From IMG/VR virus record IMGVR_UViG_3300021964_004668, positions 1 to 55,491 of that record: a DNA stretch of 55,491 nucleotides. One strand, given 5' to 3'. The notes below the pieces were generated by a model. The model ran no database searches. It saw only the letters and a list, made by a program, of their open reading frames with translations, and had not been told where the DNA came from. This stretch comes from a virus. Lineage: Duplodnaviria > Caudoviricetes. Both the position numbers and the translations under genes were made by a program. Positions 45,923-53,808 of this stretch are shown piece after piece (position 1 is the stretch's first letter; every line of letters starts with the position of its first letter).

Positions 45923-47126
45923 CCTTATATGTGAAATATTTGCCGGTGAGGATATCGACACTCACATAAACCAGATGAAGTGGCGACTATTTGATGCGGG
46001 TGCGAAGAAGGGTGACCTTGTTACGATATCGATCATGGGAGTCAATGTCAAACATGTTGGTGCAATACTTGCATGTGCTGAGATGGGACTGAGAGTATTC
46101 ATTCTAGACAGTCCCGCTACCAAGGAGTCTCTGCCCTTTACCAAACTTGCACTCCACGGCCCATCCGATTACTATATTTACAGTTCTGCCGAAGACACCA
46201 CCAAAATCTATAACGGTCTACATGACGAGATGATGAGGCGATACGGCGGAGTCAGTATTGATGCTGAGTCTCCTACGCAACACAAGTTCTTCCAAGCAGC
46301 ACCCGTATACGAAGACGATCCTTTTCTAGTCAGTTCCACATCAGGAACGACTGGGCCATCCAAACCAGTCACATTCTCTCACAAAGAGGTTGTTGGTATT
46401 GCGAAAAGAAATATAAAGATATTTGGATTCACTCGACACTCGCGAGTGATTCACTCTAGGAATCTACATCACGCTTCTGCCATGCTCACCTCACTATTAC
46501 CCAGTCTTATGGTAACGAGTGTTCGTCAAGCTTCAATCCACAACCACCACACCTTTTCAATTGGTCACGACAATTCCCATGACGAATCAATATCCTATCT
46601 AAGAGGGTTACAAGGGATATATGAGTTGGGTGCTAGTCACATTATGATACCAAACAAGAGTACACTATACGACTTCCTCAGCTCATTCTCTGGGCCTTTC
46701 CGAAAAACACTAAATATCAATATGTCGGGGTTTGTATTGGACGAAGAGTTTGTTGAACTAGCAAAGAAATATAACGTGGCATTTCAGTCTCACTATGGCA
46801 GTATCGACACCGCCATTCCTTTATTGGTAAACTATGTAAATGCTAATACTAAAATACTTCCCAATAGTCTTGGCGTATTACCGGATAACTTCTATAGGAC
46901 TACGCTGAAGTATGGTCAGATGATGGTAGAACACGAGTGGTGGGACAATCCTCGTTACATAGATGACGATATCTCATTTGTAGATGGACAATACATACTA
47001 AATAGGCAAAGAGAACCACAGATAGATATACCGGCCGGTTTTGACATAACTCCATTCTTTCAGGATACAAAGATCAATTACGAACAGTTAAGGGGGCATT
47101 TGAGTGTTATTAGTAAACGGGTGTAG
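45900..47126 (+). CDS. AMP-binding (ANL adenylating enzyme)-like protein
   Basis: GAKKGDLV, SSTSGTTGPSKPV (A3), LHHAS, HYGSID; C-terminal subdomain looks absent. Confidence 0.7.
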   Translation: MQNILDRNLICEIFAGEDIDTHINQMKWRLFDAGAKKGDLVTISIMGVNVKHVGAILACAEMGLRVFILDSPATKESLPFTKLALHGPSDYYIYSSAEDTTKIYNGLHDEMMRRYGGVSIDAESPTQHKFFQAAPVYEDDPFLVSSTSGTTGPSKPVTFSHKEVVGIAKRNIKIFGFTRHSRVIHSRNLHHASAMLTSLLPSLMVTSVRQASIHNHHTFSIGHDNSHDESISYLRGLQGIYELGASHIMIPNKSTLYDFLSSFSGPFRKTLNINMSGFVLDEEFVELAKKYNVAFQSHYGSIDTAIPLLVNYVNANTKILPNSLGVLPDNFYRTTLKYGQMMVEHEWWDNPRYIDDDISFVDGQYILNRQREPQIDIPAGFDITPFFQDTKINYEQLRGHLSVISKRV

Positions 47127-47943
47127 TTTCACCATGGGAGATGAGTTGGAGGGATGTGAGTCAGTTCCAATGGATCACTGGCCCCTTACATGGGCATATC
47201 AACTCGCTAGAAAGTTAGATACGGTAGAGGATAACATTGCAAACTGCGGCAGCGGTAACGATAAGATATTTCGTGACACAGTAGACTATCTGGTAAAACA
47301 TGGAAAGGATCGTGATGTCACAGATGTCATGGTCTTATGGTCTGATCCTATACGAAAGGAAACTCTACTCGAAGTGCCTGATCTCAATCTTGATGAGATG
47401 GAAGTCTATCCGCACATTTCCATGACCCAATGGCATGAACGTCGAAACAATGATGTTGCAGTATCCATGTCCCCAGATCTGACTAGGATTCACTGCAACG
47501 ATGCCATCTACAACTATCACAACACCTTCAAACGTAGACCAAGATTGATTACTGCGCTGAGGTCTTCCTTTGGTACAGGTCTCACCCACACGTTATCAAA
47601 GATGGTTGCTATGCAGGCTATCTGTGACGGTATGGGAATCAGAGTCATGCAGGGAGTGTTTCACTCCCACATACGGACAGAATGGTTAAAACTAAATACT
47701 AAGATCAAGAACGGTGATACAAGTCAACAGGTGCAAGCTTGGCGTGCTTGGGTGAATGATAGTATTCAGTTGCTTCGACCAGAGTGTAAGATTGGTATTG
47801 GTGAATACGATATGACTCTAAAAGAATTTCAACAAGACAGACCTTGGCATCCGGGCGGTCATCCAGACGCACAAGCCCACGCCGAGTTTGCGGAATATCT
47901 CTTTTATATCAATCAACAAATACGTGAAAATGATAACTCGTGA
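47104..47943 (+). CDS. SGNH-hydrolase-like protein
   Basis: NGCSFT, GSGN, MVLWS, GHPDAQAH. Confidence 0.65.
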   Translation: MLLVNGCSFTMGDELEGCESVPMDHWPLTWAYQLARKLDTVEDNIANCGSGNDKIFRDTVDYLVKHGKDRDVTDVMVLWSDPIRKETLLEVPDLNLDEMEVYPHISMTQWHERRNNDVAVSMSPDLTRIHCNDAIYNYHNTFKRRPRLITALRSSFGTGLTHTLSKMVAMQAICDGMGIRVMQGVFHSHIRTEWLKLNTKIKNGDTSQQVQAWRAWVNDSIQLLRPECKIGIGEYDMTLKEFQQDRPWHPGGHPDAQAHAEFAEYLFYINQQIRENDNS

Positions 47944-48898
47944 CGTTATAAAGGATAGTATCCTTATAGATGAATTGACTAAGACTGAGTTCTGTGAGAT
48001 CATCAATCAGTTCAAACATCTGTTGATACAAAACGGTGTGAGGAAAGGTGAGGTCACTACCATCATTATGCCTCAGAACGGTGCTTCTCAACTGGCTGCG
48101 ATGTTTGCGTGTCTAGAACTAGGACTACCGTTGTGGGTAATTCCCGATACACTGTGGGCTGGCGTTGAGGAAACTTTTGATGAAAAAGATCTTGACAAGT
48201 TACCTGTTAATAGGATAGAATACTTTGATGAGGCTTCGCGGAGGTTTCACAATAAGTATTTTGAACACAACCCAGCATACAAGATCTACATGGATGGATC
48301 GACAACCATTCGCAACATCATGGACGCGACACAACTGCCACCAGATATAGATGATATCCAACCGTGGACAGTCAGTCCAGATGACTATGCGTTTGTCCGT
48401 AGTGACAAGTTCTGGAGACAAGAGGAGAATCCGTTTGATGGTATGCAGATAACTCACGAGCAGTGTCTTACCAATGCAAAGGACTTTATTTCCTACTATA
48501 GTGATAGGGTGACCGGATACGGACTATCGTACCATCACCAAAATGCGTTTGAACGGAACATCCTACCCGCGCTGATGAGTGCCAAAGTTGTGAACTCTCT
48601 GCGCCTTGCATCTCCATCGTTGTTCGGTGAACACATCTCACGATTGTCCGTGAAGCGATATCTACCCAGACTGATGAAGCAACAGTCCATCTATGCACTG
48701 GAAGATGATACCATGGAGATGATTGCGGAATGCATGTTGGAGTGGGGACAATGTTTTATCGAACCACTATGGGTCTGTCCACATGAGAACAAGTCTCATC
48801 ACGACAAGCACTATGACTGGGAAGAGGAACTGAACTTCAAGTTCTTTGGTACACGGTTCATCGGGGAAGACCAGAAAGGAATACCAAAAAAAGTTTGA
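47930..48898 (+). CDS. degenerate AMP-binding-like paralog
   Basis: QFKHLLIQNGVRKGE...AAMFACLELGL aligns by eye with the 45900 protein; no SGTTG motif. Confidence 0.5.
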   Translation: MITRDVIKDSILIDELTKTEFCEIINQFKHLLIQNGVRKGEVTTIIMPQNGASQLAAMFACLELGLPLWVIPDTLWAGVEETFDEKDLDKLPVNRIEYFDEASRRFHNKYFEHNPAYKIYMDGSTTIRNIMDATQLPPDIDDIQPWTVSPDDYAFVRSDKFWRQEENPFDGMQITHEQCLTNAKDFISYYSDRVTGYGLSYHHQNAFERNILPALMSAKVVNSLRLASPSLFGEHISRLSVKRYLPRLMKQQSIYALEDDTMEMIAECMLEWGQCFIEPLWVCPHENKSHHDKHYDWEEELNFKFFGTRFIGEDQKGIPKKV

Positions 48899-48906
48899 AA
48901 AAAGGC

Positions 48907-48959
48907 TTGACATTCTCTGATACAGGGTGTATAATACTTGTATTGAAAATGAGAAAGGA
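48907..48959 (+). promoter_or_regulatory. early promoter plus conserved leader cassette, copy 3
   Basis: TTGACA-17-TATAAT then ACTTGTATTGAAAATGAGAAAGGA. Confidence 0.9.
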
Positions 48960-48965
48960 AATCTT

Positions 48966-49229
48966 ATGTCGCAAATCACCAACTTCGTTGCTCTTCGCAA
49001 CAACCCCGCCCTTGTTGAGTTCCGCAACTATATCCTGTCATTCTATGGGTATGACGGTTTGTACCCCGAAGAGGGATTCAATGTTGCTGCCTGTGAGGAA
49101 GCCATTCAGGAATATCTGAAGGTCTGCTCTAAAAAGGATGCCGTTTGGGAGTGGGGTGACGGTGATAGTATAGACCGCGAGCGTGTCCTCACTTGTTTTG
49201 AAATGAAAAAAAGTGAAAAAAAGGGTTGA
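48966..49229 (+). CDS. hypothetical early protein
   Basis: ATG after the cassette SD; WGDGDSIDRERV. Confidence 0.75.
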   Translation: MSQITNFVALRNNPALVEFRNYILSFYGYDGLYPEEGFNVAACEEAIQEYLKVCSKKDAVWEWGDGDSIDRERVLTCFEMKKSEKKG

Positions 49230-49278
49230 CAAACCCTGTCGCATAGTCTATAATACTTGTATTGAAACTGAGAAAGGA
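49226..49278 (+). promoter_or_regulatory. early promoter plus conserved leader cassette, copy 4
   Basis: TTGACA-17-TATAAT then ACTTGTATTGAAACTGAGAAAGGA; last 30 nt identical to 15166-15195. Confidence 0.9.
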
Positions 49279-49286
49279 ACTGAGAA

Positions 49287-49706
49287 ATGGCCTACGTTAG
49301 TCAAGAAATGAAGAAAGAACTTGCTCCTGCTATCAAGGCGTTGGCAAAAGAATATGGTTACAAAGTATCTTTGGGTGTCCAACACCACATGACTTTGGTT
49401 GCCAAGATTAAAGGTGCGGAAGACATCCTTGAAGAGTACTGTGAAGTTCAAATGGAACCTCAGAAAGTCCTAGAGAGGGAATGCAGGCACTATAAGTTTG
49501 ACCCTGTTGAGGTTATGGCTGACGCTTCTAAGTGGGGTCACAGGGTGAACGAATACTGGATTAGTGAGAACTATGGGCCGAAAGGAACTGAGTTCTTGAC
49601 TAAGATGAAGTCTGCAATGGAAGGGCCTGATTTCTTCTGTGAAGATGACAGCATGACCGACTACTTCCACAGAAGTCACTACATTGAAATGAGTTTATAC
49701 GCATGA
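49287..49706 (+). CDS. hypothetical early protein (LPD29-like C-terminal motif)
   Basis: DDSMTDYFH. Confidence 0.65.
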   Translation: MAYVSQEMKKELAPAIKALAKEYGYKVSLGVQHHMTLVAKIKGAEDILEEYCEVQMEPQKVLERECRHYKFDPVEVMADASKWGHRVNEYWISENYGPKGTEFLTKMKSAMEGPDFFCEDDSMTDYFHRSHYIEMSLYA

Positions 49707-49792
49707 GAGAGTGGGGTCGATTGGAATGGTTAATCGCGGGGTTGTGGATACTTGCCCCGCTGTCAATACTTTACATTAATGGGATAATTTGA
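49703..49792 (+). CDS. 29-aa membrane peptide
   Basis: MREWGRLEWLIAGLWILAPLSILYINGII*; overlaps both neighbours. Confidence 0.5.
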   Translation: MREWGRLEWLIAGLWILAPLSILYINGII

Positions 49793-49962
49793 TGACAAAA
49801 GAAATCACCACCGAAGACTTTTTCTTCGACATTCTGGACGCTCTACGTGAGTCCGGTCAAATGAATATGTTTGGCGCCCCCCGTTACCTGACCGAAGAGT
49901 TCGGTCTGGAAAAGAACAAAGCTCGTGCTGTAGTTAAGGCATGGATGGCTCGTAAGGAATGA
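49792..49962 (+). CDS. hypothetical protein (56 aa, not in ORF track)
   Basis: LDALRESGQMNMFGAPRYL motif; TGATG overlap. Confidence 0.7.
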   Translation: MTKEITTEDFFFDILDALRESGQMNMFGAPRYLTEEFGLEKNKARAVVKAWMARKE

Positions 49963-49969
49963 CTACATA

Positions 49970-50167
49970 ATGATTAGCGAAAAAGAAATATTTCTTGAAG
50001 AAATTCTCAAGAAGAAAAGTGCGATAGAGGAATACATCAAAGTCGCAAAAGGAAAACTTGAGGAAGCTGAACTGGAAAAGGATGAAGAGGGAGTCGCAAC
50101 TGCGACTTTTCTCGTTGCGGAATATGAGACAATGTTAGAAGAATTTTGTAAATATTATCGCATTTAG
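49970..50167 (+). CDS. hypothetical acidic helical protein
   Basis: 65-aa ORF with upstream AAGGA. Confidence 0.6.
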   Translation: MISEKEIFLEEILKKKSAIEEYIKVAKGKLEEAELEKDEEGVATATFLVAEYETMLEEFCKYYRI

Positions 50168-50206
50168 AAATCCTTTCACGTATACATAATAACATAAGAG
50201 GAACTT

Positions 50207-50632
50207 ATGCAAAAACAGGTTTTTGAAATCTTTGAAGATTTCCAGAAATTGAGTAACCGAAAAGACAAGATTGCCTTTCTACAAGAACAAGGCAATACGG
50301 TTCCAGCGGTGAAAGACGTAGTTCGAGGCTGTTTTGATGAACGTCTCAAATTTGCCCTACCTGAAGGCAAACCGCCTTACACTCCCAATAGACCAGAGTC
50401 TGTACCTAGTAGCCTATTGATGCTTCACCGTGAGTTCGGTGACTATGTCGAAGGCACTAATCGAAATAAACGATTGGGTAAACTTAAAACGGAAACCCGA
50501 TTCATTCAGTTATTGGAGAGTATCCACGCAGAGGACGCATTGATCGTACTTGCAATGAAGGATAAGAAATCTCCAGTCAAAGGTTTGACCAAAAAGATTG
50601 TAGAGGAGGCATTTCCTAACCTACTATCTTAG
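50207..50632 (+). CDS. T4-like phage hypothetical protein
   Basis: FALPEGKPPY, ETRFIQLLESIH, VEEAFP; GAGGA SD; TATACATA upstream. Confidence 0.8.
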   Translation: MQKQVFEIFEDFQKLSNRKDKIAFLQEQGNTVPAVKDVVRGCFDERLKFALPEGKPPYTPNRPESVPSSLLMLHREFGDYVEGTNRNKRLGKLKTETRFIQLLESIHAEDALIVLAMKDKKSPVKGLTKKIVEEAFPNLLS

Positions 50633-50671
50633 ACTTCGTTATGTGATTCCAATAATAACAGGAGCGCATTT

Positions 50672-50839
50672 ATGCCGAAAAACCAAATAGAGAGATTGAA
50701 GAACGACAGCCGTGAACTTGATAATTACATTCACCGTCTCAAGAAAAAAGGCCGAGACAATCTTGCTCATAAATTAACGGTAAAGAAAGCGTTCATTAAT
50801 CAAACTATTGCCGATTACGAACAACTAAGTCTAGTATAG
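50672..50839 (+). CDS. hypothetical basic protein (55 aa, not in ORF track)
   Basis: AGGAG SD; MPKNQIERLKNDS... Confidence 0.7.
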   Translation: MPKNQIERLKNDSRELDNYIHRLKKKGRDNLAHKLTVKKAFINQTIADYEQLSLV

Positions 50840-50860
50840 ATAAGGTAGGTGATTATATCT

Positions 50861-50885
50861 CGTGGGGGCGTTCATCGCCCCCTCG
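50861..50885 (+). other. intergenic GC-rich hairpin
   Basis: CG-T-GGGGGCG-TTCAT-CGCCCCC-T-CG. Confidence 0.6.
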
Positions 50886-50906
50886 TCACTTCTGGAGAAT
50901 GAAAAT

Positions 50907-51143
50907 ATGCCCTTTTATACAATTGTAAACAAAGAGACTGGTGAGGAAGAAGAATGTATGTGCTCCTTCTCTCGTCTACAAAAACGCTTAGAGGAGTTGG
51001 GGCCTGACTGGCAACAACGCATCGGTGCACCCGCACTTGTTACCCACACAGGTAACATGATCAACAAGACATCGGGTGACTGGAAGAACCTGATGGGCAA
51101 CATCAAAAAACACTCTGGTCGAGGAAACAACATCAAAACATGA
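50907..51143 (+). CDS. FmdB-like small protein
   Basis: MPFYTIVNKETGE start; precedes phoH; GGAG SD. Confidence 0.6.
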   Translation: MPFYTIVNKETGEEEECMCSFSRLQKRLEELGPDWQQRIGAPALVTHTGNMINKTSGDWKNLMGNIKKHSGRGNNIKT

Positions 51144-51829
51144 GTCAAATGAAACGACTTCGTATCGATCATCTCTTGACATACGACCCCATAACCGAAA
51201 ATCAAAGAACTGCATACGATGCTTGGGAAGAAGGTGATCACCTTGTTCTTTGTGGATCTGCGGGTACGGGCAAGACTTTTGTAGGGATGTATCTGGCGTT
51301 ACAGGATGTGCTGGATAAGTCCTTTCCACAAGAGAAACTTATTATCGTGAGAAGTGTGGTTCCCACCAGAGAGATGGGTTATCTGCCTGGCTCTATCGAA
51401 GAGAAGGTTGATGCATATACCACACCGTACCGTGCGGCTGCGACTGAACTTTTCAATGAAACTGGCGCATATGATGTGCTAGAGAAACAAGGCGTCATCA
51501 ACTTTATGTCCACCTCATTCATACGAGGCGTGACTCTGGATGAGTGTATCATCTTGGTTGATGAAATGCAGAACCTTACATATCACGAGTTGGACTCTAT
51601 AATTACACGAGTAGGACGTAACAGCCGTATCATCTTCAGTGGTGATTACTACCAGTCCGACTTGATAAAAGAATCAGACAAGAAAGGTATTCTAGACTTC
51701 ATGAATATCATAGAGATGATGAACAACTTCACCACTGTTGAATTTGGTTGGCCGGACATCGTGAGGTCTGATTTTGTCCGAGACTATATAATGACTAAAG
51801 AGATGGTAGAAAGAGGAAACCTAACATGA
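51140..51829 (+). CDS. phoH: PhoH-like ATPase
   Basis: GSAGTGKT, GYLPG, FIRGVTL, VDEMQN, ITRVG, GDYYQSD, DIVRS. Confidence 0.95.
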   Translation: MSQMKRLRIDHLLTYDPITENQRTAYDAWEEGDHLVLCGSAGTGKTFVGMYLALQDVLDKSFPQEKLIIVRSVVPTREMGYLPGSIEEKVDAYTTPYRAAATELFNETGAYDVLEKQGVINFMSTSFIRGVTLDECIILVDEMQNLTYHELDSIITRVGRNSRIIFSGDYYQSDLIKESDKKGILDFMNIIEMMNNFTTVEFGWPDIVRSDFVRDYIMTKEMVERGNLT

Positions 51830-52269
51830 ATAGAGAATCTGTATTTGAACAATTAAAGATTGACGAAGGCGTAGTATACGAAATCTACGAAGATCACCTT
51901 GGATACCCTACTTTTGGAGTGGGGCACTTGGTGTTGGAATCTGATCCAGAACACGGACAAGAAGTCGGAACTCCTGTCTCTGAAGAGAGAGTGCGAGAGT
52001 GCTTTGAACGTGACCTTGACACAGCAATTAATGAGTGTGTTACTCTATACGGAGATGATTGGGAAGGGTTCCCTGGCGAGGTTCAGGAAGTCTTGGTCAA
52101 TATGTTGTTCAATCTTGGACGACCACGCTTGAGTAAATTCAAGAATTTTAACGCTAAACTTATTGAAGGTGATTATGCAGGTGCCGCGCCCGAAGGATTA
52201 GATTCACTTTGGGCTAGACAGGTTGGCCCACGTGCAGACAGACTAATGAAAAGGCTCGAAGAAGTCTGA
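51826..52269 (+). CDS. phage lysozyme (GH24, T4-lysozyme-like endolysin)
   Basis: LKIDEG...YEDHLGYPTFGVGHL (E, D, T catalytic residues), NMLFNLG, SLWARQV.PRA. Confidence 0.92.
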   Translation: MNRESVFEQLKIDEGVVYEIYEDHLGYPTFGVGHLVLESDPEHGQEVGTPVSEERVRECFERDLDTAINECVTLYGDDWEGFPGEVQEVLVNMLFNLGRPRLSKFKNFNAKLIEGDYAGAAPEGLDSLWARQVGPRADRLMKRLEEV

Positions 52270-52273
52270 TAGA

Positions 52274-53146
52274 ATGAAGAACATAATCTTTCAATACATG
52301 GTCACCAACGAGGACACCGCCTCGCGAGGCAAGGTTCCTCAGTATAAAGCTGGGAATGGTGATAGGGTAGAACTGTATCGAAAGACAGCAGACTTATCAG
52401 CTGAATCCTTTCGCATCTATGCGGAGAAGATTGGTGCAACTCATCACTACTCTAAGAAGCAGGTATATACAGCAGGTAAGTCTGGCAACACGGTTCTATT
52501 GTTTGAGTGTCTGAGGTGCATTTACGACGAGATGTACGATGAGTTCGATCAACTCTTGTTTGTCGATACGGACATCATCGCCAACACCGAAGAGAACATC
52601 TTTGAACTTGCGGGCGACTATGATGTCTGTGGAGTCTATGAGTCAGATATTCGTTCTGATACCGATGGTGGGTATAACTCATGGGACTACGACGATAAAA
52701 AACGAATCCTGATCGAAGAGAAGTATGCCCGTCACGGTATACCAATAGTACCCACAAGCCCTCCACAGAGACCCTCCAGCATCGCAACACTCAATACTGG
52801 GGTTCTGATATGGTCTAGGGATGCACGACTCCGTGCCAGAGAAGTCTTTGATCCGTGGTATGACTATGTCTTGGATGGTATCGAACACGATACTCCGTTC
52901 TGGTTGAACAACGACCAACCTTGGATATCTGGTCAACTGGTCAAACACGGGTTTTCGGTTCTGGGTCTAGATCAGACATGGAATGATACCCCTACTCACT
53001 ATCGCGACTGGCATGGGGACTATGGTGAAGGTGCTATGAGTGCCTACGACAAGTGGAAGAACCAAAACTTCCTTCACTATACTGGTGGTGGGAACAAGGT
53101 TGAGATGTTGAGGCATCATCAAATGGATCTATTTAAGTACATTTAG
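52274..53146 (+). CDS. GT-A fold glycosyltransferase
   Basis: FVDTDI (DxD), NTGVL, NDQPWI, WN, FLHY. Confidence 0.8.
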   Translation: MKNIIFQYMVTNEDTASRGKVPQYKAGNGDRVELYRKTADLSAESFRIYAEKIGATHHYSKKQVYTAGKSGNTVLLFECLRCIYDEMYDEFDQLLFVDTDIIANTEENIFELAGDYDVCGVYESDIRSDTDGGYNSWDYDDKKRILIEEKYARHGIPIVPTSPPQRPSSIATLNTGVLIWSRDARLRAREVFDPWYDYVLDGIEHDTPFWLNNDQPWISGQLVKHGFSVLGLDQTWNDTPTHYRDWHGDYGEGAMSAYDKWKNQNFLHYTGGGNKVEMLRHHQMDLFKYI

Positions 53147-53149
53147 TCC

Positions 53150-53178
53150 TTGACAAATCCTGTTGCTGTTGTTATAAT
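53150..53178 (+). promoter_or_regulatory. sigma70-type promoter
   Basis: TTGACA-17nt-TATAAT. Confidence 0.85.
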
Positions 53179-53208
53179 AGTAATATAATCAAGAAATAAG
53201 GAGTAAAA

Positions 53209-53793
53209 GTGCTAGATCAGTACCACAAAGTCATCTTGACCGATGCGGATGGTGTACTGTTGAACTGGGGATACGCATTCGATGTCTGGATGACCGAGAA
53301 AGGTTATAATGTTATCAACAAGAATGCATACGGTATTCACGAGATTTTTGATGGACTCAGCAAGCCAGAGTCCAAGAGACTGATTCGAGAGTTTAACGAG
53401 AGTGCAGCGGTCGGTTTCATCCCACCTCTACGAGACGCAATCCAATACGTGAGGAAACTTCACGAAGAACACGGATATGTCTTTCACCTTATCACGAGTC
53501 TGAGTAAGAACGAGAACGCACAGAAGTTACGAACCATGAACATCAAGAAGTTGTTTGGTGAGACTGCGTTTGAGAAGTTCATTTACCTTGACACTGGGGC
53601 AGACAAGGACGAAGTCCTGAAGGAATACGAAGGTACCGGATACACTTGGGTCGAAGACAAGGTTGAGAACGCAGACGCTGGAGACCAGTTCGGTCTGGAC
53701 TCTATTGTCATGGAACACGGTTACAACATGGAATCTGAGAAGTACCCTCTAATGAAGGGTTGGAAGGATGTATACGAATACCTAGTTGGTTGA
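53209..53793 (+). CDS. HAD-family phosphatase / 5'(3')-nucleotidase (T4 gp30.2-like)
   Basis: TDADGVLL, ITS, K, WVEDK. Confidence 0.85.
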   Translation: MLDQYHKVILTDADGVLLNWGYAFDVWMTEKGYNVINKNAYGIHEIFDGLSKPESKRLIREFNESAAVGFIPPLRDAIQYVRKLHEEHGYVFHLITSLSKNENAQKLRTMNIKKLFGETAFEKFIYLDTGADKDEVLKEYEGTGYTWVEDKVENADAGDQFGLDSIVMEHGYNMESEKYPLMKGWKDVYEYLVG

Positions 53794-53808
53794 TGTATAT
53801 ATAACTAC

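Noticed and set aside
6662-48927. Upstream starts in the ORF track (6662, 9491, 15010, 16784, 31407, 45452, 48927)
   Set aside because: They run through promoters or upstream genes; downstream starts fit SD or promoter geometry better
15869-51829. Assignment as a cyanophage based on desaturase, phoH and hsp20
   Set aside because: No photosynthesis genes in the window, and these genes also occur in phages of heterotrophs; host remains undetermined
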